From UHGV virus genome UHGV-0156988: 34,441 bases of DNA; one strand, 5' to 3'. This stretch comes from a virus. How positions within the stretch are numbered: the first letter of the stretch is position 1; each line of letters begins with the position of its first letter. This document shows, piece by piece, positions 27,317 through 34,441 of this stretch. The position numbers and the translations under genes are program-made. The notes beneath the pieces are model-generated. The model was not told the origin of the DNA, ran no database searches, and saw only the letters and a list, made by a program, of their open reading frames with translations.

Positions 27317-29115
27317 GTTACTTTGGCCTTAATCCAGTAAACCAGAATCAGCAGCTTGACGAAGCAGCATCAAATCCAGCTGGCTTTAACAGCGATGTTG
27401 GTTTTTTCGACAATGCTGTAGGAGCGGCATTGTCTGGTTTGTACTCCGGGCTGGTGGCAAAGCCAGATCAGTTGCTATGGGCAGGGATGGATAAAATCGT
27501 ATCCCCGATTGCTCAGTTTGTTAACGAAAACACCTCGCTCAATGACACTTCAGTTTCATACATTGCTGAGCAGAGAAAACTAGCAGAGCAGCAGGTTAAG
27601 CGGCTGACGCCTGATGCCGCGACAACCGGAACCGCCGGGCAGGTCCTTTATGGGTTGTTCGATATGGGCGGGCAGGCTGTTGTTGGTACAACGCTCGGTG
27701 GTCCGGTCGGAGGTGCTGCGGCGGTAACTTCGCTACAGGGTTTTTCTGAGTTTGAACGGCTGACAGCACAGGGTGTTGATTTCAGGACGGCGCAGGAAGC
27801 GGGATTAGTGCAGGGTATTACTGCTGGTGCCGGAACACTGATCCCTATGAGCCTCGGGTTACGTGCTGGTGGTGCGCTGGCGGAAGGTGTGGCGGCTCAG
27901 CTTGCGCGGACGGGTGAAAGTTCAGTGCGACGCGCCGCAGCAACAGCAGTACGTGCAACGCCAGATATTGCCTATGCCGCAGGTACAAATATTGCGTTCG
28001 GTATGGCACAGCGTGGGCTTACTGCAAAAACGCTTCGTGATGGTGGCTATAGCGAAATGGCTAATCAGTATGATGTGTTGGATCGACAGGCAATTGCTAT
28101 TGATGCTGTTCTTGGAGTGGCGTTTGGTGGTGTCGGCAGATTTATTAACTCTCGCGGCGAGTCTACAAGCGCACCAAATTTTTCACCAGTTGATGTCGAT
28201 GCTGCACTGGCGGCGAATGCCGCTCATCATGCTGAAATTGATATTGCTCCCGGTGTGCCGATCAACGTGCTTTCGCGTAATTCGCACATTCAGGCTCTGC
28301 GAAAAGCCATGTCTGATGTTAGCCAGGGGATACCTGTAGACGTTGCCAGCATTGTTGAGTCTGCATCTTTCAGTGAAATTCCTGGGCGCAAGAGTCTGCT
28401 TTCTCAGGCAGTTAATGAGGCTCTGTCATCTGTAGATGATGGAGTAACGGCGCGCGCTATAGAAAATCGGTTGCTTGAAGAACAGGCCGCGCAGCTTTTG
28501 CCGCGTGGCGATAGACAGGTTTACCAGTCTGAAATCGCTAATAGCCAACGAATTATTGAAAATCTCACTGAACAGCGCGCACAAATTCTTGCAGAAGAGC
28601 CAACCGGTAGCGGTAAAGCTTTGTCTCGTGCTCGATCAGATAAACAGGCCAGACTTCGCGATATTGATCAACGAATCCGGCAGGCACAAGAACGCCTGGA
28701 GTTTTCCCGTAACGCGTTGGCACCGCACGAGCCTGGCGGTCAGTTTTTTGAAGCTCGAGCAGAACTGGCACGACGACAGCAGGCAGAAAGTGAACTTAAT
28801 GCTCAGGCTGTTTCATTCTATAAAACAGCAGAGGTCAGGACGCCAGACGAAGTAGCTCCTTTTGAGCCCGGTAAGATATTGCAACAGACAGAACAAAAAA
28901 TGATGGCAGATCCGGCAGGAGATATTGATCTGCGTATAGCTGAAGACTCGCTGCTTGAATCTCCGGACATGATAATCACCGTGCTGGATGATGATGGTAA
29001 TCCACAATCGCGCAGTGCGCGTGAAGTACTGGATGAAGCGAACAGGGAAAGTGAGCAGGCAATACAGGATTCCAGCCTGTTTGATGTTGCTGTGGCGTGT
29101 TTCTTGAGAGGTTAA
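27313..29115 (+). CDS. Internal virion / ejection protein (possible N-terminal part of a split gp16 analogue)
   Basis: 600 aa; ATGA overlap with upstream gene; Ala/Gly-rich N-terminal half. Confidence 0.5.
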   Translation: MSYFGLNPVNQNQQLDEAASNPAGFNSDVGFFDNAVGAALSGLYSGLVAKPDQLLWAGMDKIVSPIAQFVNENTSLNDTSVSYIAEQRKLAEQQVKRLTPDAATTGTAGQVLYGLFDMGGQAVVGTTLGGPVGGAAAVTSLQGFSEFERLTAQGVDFRTAQEAGLVQGITAGAGTLIPMSLGLRAGGALAEGVAAQLARTGESSVRRAAATAVRATPDIAYAAGTNIAFGMAQRGLTAKTLRDGGYSEMANQYDVLDRQAIAIDAVLGVAFGGVGRFINSRGESTSAPNFSPVDVDAALAANAAHHAEIDIAPGVPINVLSRNSHIQALRKAMSDVSQGIPVDVASIVESASFSEIPGRKSLLSQAVNEALSSVDDGVTARAIENRLLEEQAAQLLPRGDRQVYQSEIANSQRIIENLTEQRAQILAEEPTGSGKALSRARSDKQARLRDIDQRIRQAQERLEFSRNALAPHEPGGQFFEARAELARRQQAESELNAQAVSFYKTAEVRTPDEVAPFEPGKILQQTEQKMMADPAGDIDLRIAEDSLLESPDMIITVLDDDGNPQSRSAREVLDEANRESEQAIQDSSLFDVAVACFLRG

Positions 29116-29120
29116 ATTAA

Positions 29121-31595
29121 ATGAGACAGGAATGTATACAAGCGGTCCAGCAGGCGGCGCAGCGCACGTTAACGGCGCGAGAAATACAGAACATTGAAGA
29201 CCGCATTTATCGAAATATGCGCTCCATTGCTCGTGATGACCCGATGTCGTGGCGACAACTTTCCGAATCAGAACGGTTGTATCGTGCAGCACAATTGGCA
29301 TCTGAAGAATTACAGCGAGAAGCGGCATTAAAGAAACGTCGTGTGGCCCTCACTATAGCCGCACGTCAGAGATTGGATAAATTTATCAATAGCTATCAAG
29401 GGGCTGATGGGAAACTTGGCGCTCTTAACCGTACTATTGCTTTTAATGCAGACGGTAAATCGAATTTCCTCTCTGTTGAATCCAGAACAAAAGCCACCCG
29501 TGATTATGCATTGAGTCAATTGCAGGAGGCATTCGAAGCAGTTGATCCTCGCTTTTTTGGTCTGTTTGAAGATGAAGCGGGCGTACGTGACCTGGTATAT
29601 GAAATGCGGGGGCAAAATACTGGCAATGCTAAAGCAAGAAAAGGTGCTAAGGCGTGGAGAGAAGTTACAGAGCTGCTGCGCCGCCGGTTTAATGATGCTG
29701 GTGGGGACATTGGCTATCTCGAAAACTGGGGGATCCCTCAACATCATTCTATGGAAAAGGTTGGGGCGGTATCAAAAGATAAATGGGTTAGCGATGTTAT
29801 AGGTAAGCTGGATCGCAAATATTATACCCGAGCCGATGGACAACTGATGAACGATGCCGAGTTGTCTGCATTTCTTGGAGAGGCTTATAACACGATCGCT
29901 ACTGGTGGGCTGAATAAGCTTACTGATACCGGAATGCGAATTTCCGGCGCACGTGCTAACCGTGGTAATGCATCACGACAGATACATTTCAAAGATGCAG
30001 ATTCCTATCTGCAATATCAGCAACTTTATGGCGATCGCTCTCTATGGGAAATCATGGTCGGTCACCTTGAAGGTATCAGTAAAGATATTGCACTGGTGGA
30101 AACATATGGCCCAAACCCCGATCATGTTTTCCGCTCTCTTCTTGATCAGGTGAAGGCAGAAACGGCAACAGCTAACCCGAGTAAAACCGGTAAAGTCGAG
30201 CGGCTGGCGAACAACACAGAGAATCTGTACAACTTTATTTCCGGAAAGACACAGCCTGTAGCGAATCCGCACATCGCGCGATGGTCTGACAATATCCGCA
30301 ACTGGCTGGTTGCCAGCAGACTCGGATCCGCGTTGCTGTCATCGTTCTCTGATCTTGGAACCATGTATCTGTCTGCGAAGGTTACCAACCTTCCAATGAA
30401 CCAGTTATTCCGCAACCAGCTTGAAGCTATGGACCCAACGAACCGTACAGAACTTGCGCGGGCGCGCCGCGCTGGTCTGGCGATGGAATCTCTACTTGGC
30501 AGCGTTAACCGCTGGGCGATGGATAATATGGGGCCGTCTGTGTCTCGTTGGGCTGCAACGGCGGTAATGCGTGCCAGTGGGCTTACAGCATGGTCAGATG
30601 CGCACAAGCGCGCCTATGGCGTAACCATGATGGGAAGCCTGGGAGAAGTAGTGTCACGGACACCAGACCTTCGTAGCCTCGATGATTCTGATTTTCGTAT
30701 CCTGAAAAGCAAAGGGATTACTGACACAGACTGGAGCGTATGGAAGCTGGCGCAACAGGAGGACTGGGGGAACGGCAATAATACGATGCTGACACCGGAA
30801 AGCATTATGCGTATCCCTGATTCAGCAGTTAAACATCTTGGTGAGCCTGAACGCGTGAAATTTGAGGCAATGCGTAAACTGCTCGGTGCCGTAACTGAAG
30901 AAGTTGATATGGCTGTTATTACACCGGGAGCACGTGAGCAACTGATAACCGGTTCTGGTATTCAGCGTGGAACATGGAAAGGTGAATTAACGAGAAGTGT
31001 TTTCCTGTTTAAATCGTTCCCTATCTCGGTGGTTATGCGTCACTGGTCACGCGCTATGGGTATGCCGTCTGCTGGTGGGCGTGCGGCATATATTGCGACG
31101 TTTATTGCCAGTACGACCATTCTTGGCGCTTTGTCGCAGCAACTTAACGACCTTGCGTCTGGTCGTAATCCTCGCGAGATGACAGGAGAAGATGCTGCTA
31201 AATTTTGGCTTGGTGCTCTACTGAAAGGTGGTGGTCTTGGCCTTTACGGTGACTTTTTATTGTCAGATCACACTAGGTACGGAAGCGGCGCGCTGGCGTC
31301 GATGCTTGGCCCGGTAGCTGGTCTGGTTGATGACGTAGTGAAGATTGCTCAGGGCATACCGTTAAATGCTGTGGAAGGGAAGAGTGAGCAGACTGGTGGT
31401 GATCTGGTGAAGCTGGGGAAAGGTTTGATGCCAGGTGCGAATCTCTGGTACTTAAAGGCGGCTCTCGATCATATGATCTTTAACCAGATGCAGGAGTATT
31501 TTTCACCAGGCTATTTGCGTAAAATGGAGCAACGTTCGAAGAAAGAGTTTAACCAGACATACTGGTGGCGACCTCAGGATGTCACTCCGCAATAA
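29121..31595 (+). CDS. Internal virion / ejection protein (possible C-terminal part of a split gp16 analogue)
   Basis: 824 aa; last large gene before tailspike. Confidence 0.5.
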   Translation: MRQECIQAVQQAAQRTLTAREIQNIEDRIYRNMRSIARDDPMSWRQLSESERLYRAAQLASEELQREAALKKRRVALTIAARQRLDKFINSYQGADGKLGALNRTIAFNADGKSNFLSVESRTKATRDYALSQLQEAFEAVDPRFFGLFEDEAGVRDLVYEMRGQNTGNAKARKGAKAWREVTELLRRRFNDAGGDIGYLENWGIPQHHSMEKVGAVSKDKWVSDVIGKLDRKYYTRADGQLMNDAELSAFLGEAYNTIATGGLNKLTDTGMRISGARANRGNASRQIHFKDADSYLQYQQLYGDRSLWEIMVGHLEGISKDIALVETYGPNPDHVFRSLLDQVKAETATANPSKTGKVERLANNTENLYNFISGKTQPVANPHIARWSDNIRNWLVASRLGSALLSSFSDLGTMYLSAKVTNLPMNQLFRNQLEAMDPTNRTELARARRAGLAMESLLGSVNRWAMDNMGPSVSRWAATAVMRASGLTAWSDAHKRAYGVTMMGSLGEVVSRTPDLRSLDDSDFRILKSKGITDTDWSVWKLAQQEDWGNGNNTMLTPESIMRIPDSAVKHLGEPERVKFEAMRKLLGAVTEEVDMAVITPGAREQLITGSGIQRGTWKGELTRSVFLFKSFPISVVMRHWSRAMGMPSAGGRAAYIATFIASTTILGALSQQLNDLASGRNPREMTGEDAAKFWLGALLKGGGLGLYGDFLLSDHTRYGSGALASMLGPVAGLVDDVVKIAQGIPLNAVEGKSEQTGGDLVKLGKGLMPGANLWYLKAALDHMIFNQMQEYFSPGYLRKMEQRSKKEFNQTYWWRPQDVTPQ

Positions 31596-31604
31596 GGAAG
31601 TGTT

Positions 31605-31781
31605 GTGTTTTTAATTATTTTGAGTGTGATAATTTCTGGTGGGTTGTTATTTATTGACCGCTACAAATATTTTCTTAACCCTCAGACTCAAGCTATTTGC
31701 TGGTTCATCTTTGTTGTGCAGGGAATAGTTCTTGTTGCAAGCCTTATTGAGGGGAGGCCTCTGATTTTTACTGGGTAAATA
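31605..31781 (+). CDS. Small hydrophobic peptide, two predicted TM segments
   Basis: Not in ORF track; GTG 31605 (or 31626) after AGGAAG; about 58 aa, almost entirely hydrophobic. Confidence 0.25.
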
Positions 31782-31790
31782 GGTGACTAC

Positions 31791-32087
31791 ATGCAAGCTA
31801 TAGGATTCATTGTTTATATCGTCGTTGGTCTTTTTCAGTTGGCAGCAATTATGGCTGGGCTTGAATCATGGTGGGGATTGCACTGGATAATTGCAGCCCC
31901 CATTGCTTTCATCGTGAGCTATATTCCATTTGTTGGAGCGATTGTTGGTATGGTTGGCGCTGTGGATGTATGGCGGTGGGAGTGGTGGCAGGCTGGCCTT
32001 CTCTTCTTTGGTGGGATCATCTTTGCTATTGTCTGCGGTGGAATGTCATCATTTTTCGAATGGCTATCATTCAGAAAAAGAGCGTGA
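31791..32087 (+). CDS. Small integral membrane protein, three predicted TM segments
   Basis: 98 aa, SD AGGTGA; Gly/Ile/Val/Trp-rich hydrophobic stretches with basic C-terminus FRKRA. Confidence 0.6.
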   Translation: MQAIGFIVYIVVGLFQLAAIMAGLESWWGLHWIIAAPIAFIVSYIPFVGAIVGMVGAVDVWRWEWWQAGLLFFGGIIFAIVCGGMSSFFEWLSFRKRA

Positions 32088-32095
32088 CATGTCAC

Positions 32096-32113
32096 AGGCC
32101 GCTCTTGCGGCCT
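32096..32113. terminator. Bidirectional terminator hairpin between convergent genes
   Basis: AGGCCGC-TCTT-GCGGCCT; TTTAAATTT on plus side, CTCTTTTTCT on minus side; abuts GTGACATGTCAC at 32084-32095. Confidence 0.55.
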
Positions 32114-32119
32114 TTAAAT

Positions 32120-32377
32120 TTACCGGGTTTGTTTTCGTAATTGTTCGGCACAATAGTCGAGATGTGTTTGCAGATCCCGCATAGACATCTGTGAGCTGGT
32201 GACGTAGTTAATCAGTGCAGTCAGTTCGGCAAGTGGGCCATCGACATTAAATCCATCCTTATCGAGATCCCGGAGTAATTTCATCAAGTGCGATCCTTCC
32301 ACCAGTGACCTGACGCCTCCCGGCGTGTGAATCCTTTCGGTAAATCCGTCTTCCAGTGGATAGTGATACTGCTGCAT
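32120..32377 (-). CDS. LexA-controlled small acidic protein, candidate antirepressor
   Basis: 85 aa from MQQYHY with SD GGAGAAG; LexA box at 32398-32417 overlaps a TGtATAAAT extended -10; own terminator. Confidence 0.5.
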   Translation of the reverse strand: MQQYHYPLEDGFTERIHTPGGVRSLVEGSHLMKLLRDLDKDGFNVDGPLAELTALINYVTSSQMSMRDLQTHLDYCAEQLRKQTR

Positions 32378-32397
32378 CTTAATCTTCTCCATGCAAT

Positions 32398-32417
32398 AAC
32401 TGTATATTTATACAGTA
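32398..32417 (-). promoter_or_regulatory. LexA (SOS) box
   Basis: Plus-strand AACTGTATATTTATACAGTA: CTGT-N8-ACAG with AT-rich spacer, one or two mismatches from TACTGTATATATATACAGTA. Confidence 0.7.
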
Positions 32418-32454
32418 GCAAATAATTTGTTTGCTATCCAGCACGTTTTGCAAA

Positions 32455-32469
32455 TTACCAGAAAGGTAA
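32455..32469 (+). promoter_or_regulatory. Operator site upstream of tailspike gene
   Basis: Perfect TTACC-AGAAA-GGTAA between the LexA-controlled gene and the tailspike gene. Confidence 0.45.
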
Positions 32470-32575
32470 TATCTATTCGTATCCATAGTTTTTCTATGCA
32501 TATATGGTTTTTCAGGTAATAGAATGGATGGGACTGCATGCGCGATGGGCGCACAAGCTATCCGGAGATAATGAC

Positions 32576-33889
32576 ATGACGGTCTCAACCGAAGTCGACC
32601 ATAACGAATACACCGGGAATGGCGTCACGACGATATTCCCTTATACCTTCAGAATTTTTCAGAAGTCTGATCTGGTTGTTCAGGTTGTAGACCTGGATGA
32701 AAACTTGACAGTATTGACACTTGATACAGATTACACGGTAACTGGTGCAGGCGGTTACGCTGGTGGGAATGTCACCCTGACGACAGCGCTCGTAAGCGGT
32801 TACCAGATATCTATATCTCGAGAGCTTCCAGTTACCCAGGAAACAGATCTTCGCAATCAGGGTAAGTTCTTTGCAGAAGTTCATGAGGATGCTTTTGATA
32901 AACTGACAATGCTGATCCAACAGGTTCGCAGCTGGTTTAGCCTTGCGCTTCGTAAACCATCATTTATTGCAAACTATTATGATGCGCTGAACAATTACAT
33001 TCGTAATCTAAGAGACCCAGAAAGGCCTCAAGATGCAGCAACCAGAAACTATGTTGATACAGTATCAACGGCAAACCTCAATCGAACACTTCGTACGCCT
33101 GAACCTATCCCAGAACTACCTGGAGTTGAAGAGCGTAAAAATAAACTTGTTGCTATGGATGATTCTGGTAATCCTATTATGGTATTGCCTGAATCAGGAT
33201 CTGCATCGGATGTTCTCATTGAACTTGCCAAGCCAACTGGGGCAGGGTTGATAGGCATTAAACCAGGAGGAAATGTTCAACAAGCGCTATATTACGTTAC
33301 TCCCGAACAGTTCGGGGCAATCGGAGATGGCACTCTTCATCTATTATCAGAAAAATATTCTACCCTAACTGACGCGCAGTCAGTGTATCCGCTTGCAACA
33401 AGTTTGTCTCAGTCAATTGATTGGGCTGCTATGCAAACAGCTGATAGTGTTGCTCGAGAATTAAAATGTTCGGTCCGTTGTCCAACGTTGAAAAAATACA
33501 GATTCTCATCCCTTGACACGTTAATGCTGGATATCGACAGTTGCTTTATTGGCGGTCCGCAATCTGATCATTTGCATGGGACAATGATAATCAAAGACAA
33601 ACCACCGGTGACAGCATCAACAAATATTGGCGATATCTGCATAGTCAAGGTCAAAAAGGCTTCCGACACTGTATCAACCAATGGATTTGTCAATGGAGTG
33701 GTATTCCAGGGTTTTTCTCTTGAGTGGGCAAATGTTGCGTGGATGTCCGCTGTTAAAGGTGATTTGTCAATTTGCCTTCATATGAACGATGCGATCAAAG
33801 CAAAAGTAGACGTCAGCGTATGGGGCGGGGAATTTGGGGTATACGGGTATGGCTGCTGGGGAATGGTTGGTACTTTGCCGAATGCATGA
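32576..33889 (+). CDS. Tailspike / tail fibre protein with T7 gp17-like N-terminal adaptor; probably 3-prime truncated
   Basis: Start at ATG 32576 (SD GGAG); N-terminal NEYTGNGVTTIFPYTF motif; later PEQFGAIGDG region suggests start of a beta-helix; only 438 aa and ends at a junction with unrelated sequence. Confidence 0.65.
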   Translation: MTVSTEVDHNEYTGNGVTTIFPYTFRIFQKSDLVVQVVDLDENLTVLTLDTDYTVTGAGGYAGGNVTLTTALVSGYQISISRELPVTQETDLRNQGKFFAEVHEDAFDKLTMLIQQVRSWFSLALRKPSFIANYYDALNNYIRNLRDPERPQDAATRNYVDTVSTANLNRTLRTPEPIPELPGVEERKNKLVAMDDSGNPIMVLPESGSASDVLIELAKPTGAGLIGIKPGGNVQQALYYVTPEQFGAIGDGTLHLLSEKYSTLTDAQSVYPLATSLSQSIDWAAMQTADSVARELKCSVRCPTLKKYRFSSLDTLMLDIDSCFIGGPQSDHLHGTMIIKDKPPVTASTNIGDICIVKVKKASDTVSTNGFVNGVVFQGFSLEWANVAWMSAVKGDLSICLHMNDAIKAKVDVSVWGGEFGVYGYGCWGMVGTLPNA

Positions 33890-34355
33890 AGAGATAATCG
33901 GCATGATCGGCCGACACGTGCCTGAGTTTGATATTGCGGCAGTTCCAAAGCGTTTCCATCGCGTCGGAGAGTTCTACCTGCTCGAGGTCGATATTTTCCA
34001 TGTCGCGGAACATCTTCGGCGCGTCGATTCGGGTGTGCTTCATGCGCACATCGTCGGCGTACCAGATGGCGGCGCGGGCGCCGGGCGAAAAGCGGCCGCC
34101 CTCGAGCACCACATGTTTGGCGTGCCAGAAGGGGTATTTGCCTTCAAAGAGGCATTCTCGGGCAGTGATGTTTTCGACGTGCTTTAAGGCGGATTCGCCC
34201 GGGTGAATGACAACGTGGTCGAGCTCCGCGCTGCGGAGCGCAAAAAGCGGGCGCTCACCGCCGTATTCGACATTTTGGAGGATCTGCATTTTTTGTCCTG
34301 TTTGAATGGTGAGGCTCACCCGAAAAAAAGCGATGCCGGCATCTCTTTGGGGCAT
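33813..34355 (-). CDS. Hypothetical protein in a compositionally distinct segment (possibly a truncated flanking gene)
   Basis: 180-aa ORF; 3-prime end overlaps tailspike ORF by 77 nt; segment looks more GC-rich than the prophage by eye; alternative start at 34289. Confidence 0.35.
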   Translation of the reverse strand: MPQRDAGIAFFRVSLTIQTGQKMQILQNVEYGGERPLFALRSAELDHVVIHPGESALKHVENITARECLFEGKYPFWHAKHVVLEGGRFSPGARAAIWYADDVRMKHTRIDAPKMFRDMENIDLEQVELSDAMETLWNCRNIKLRHVSADHADYLFMHSAKYQPFPSSHTRIPQIPRPIR

Positions 34356-34441
34356 CGTCGGGCAGCGATGATGAATCGCTTCAAACTCTAAGACCGCAGG
34401 CTTTGGCCCGCCCTGCTGATCGCCGCAAAGAACTGTACGAT

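Noticed and set aside
32378-32392. ATG 32392 as start of the LexA-controlled gene
   Set aside because: The LexA box and -10 lie only 5 nt upstream, leaving no room for an RBS; the second ATG at 32377 has SD GGAGAAG.
1-34441. CRISPR array, insertion sequence or transposase
   Set aside because: No regularly spaced short direct repeats with unique spacers, and no transposase-like ORF or terminal inverted repeats were seen.

Overview
The window is essentially one temperate prophage of about 34 kb, read from the sequence by eye (no searches run; protein-family calls are recalled motifs and could be wrong in detail). Left to right: a P4-type integrase (50-1306); a leftward early operon with lambda-type Ser/Thr phosphatase, MT-A70 adenine methylase, AlpA-like regulator, a Red-beta/RecT annealing protein and a RecE-like nuclease (1309-5525); an immunity region with a two-HTH repressor candidate that lacks a LexA-type cleavage domain (5679-6263) divergent from a Cro-like gene (6418-6648); lambda O-like and P-like replication genes with iteron repeats inside the O-like gene (7015-8612); an accessory block of hypothetical genes (8730-12260); terminase small and large subunits (12379-14447); a reverse-oriented island with a small gene and a tRNA-Arg(UCU) (14538-15189); and a T7-like virion module in gp8-to-gp17 order (15617-33889). 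The tailspike ORF ends abruptly at about 33.89 kb where it meets an unrelated minus-strand ORF. No Q-type antiterminator, holin, endolysin or spanin was recognised. The most notable signals are a 15-bp palindrome TTACC-N5-GGTAA present 12 times, only in promoter regions; a near-consensus LexA box in front of a small acidic gene at the far end of the prophage (candidate antirepressor); and a 14-mer TGTGACATGTCACG found three times beside terminator hairpins.
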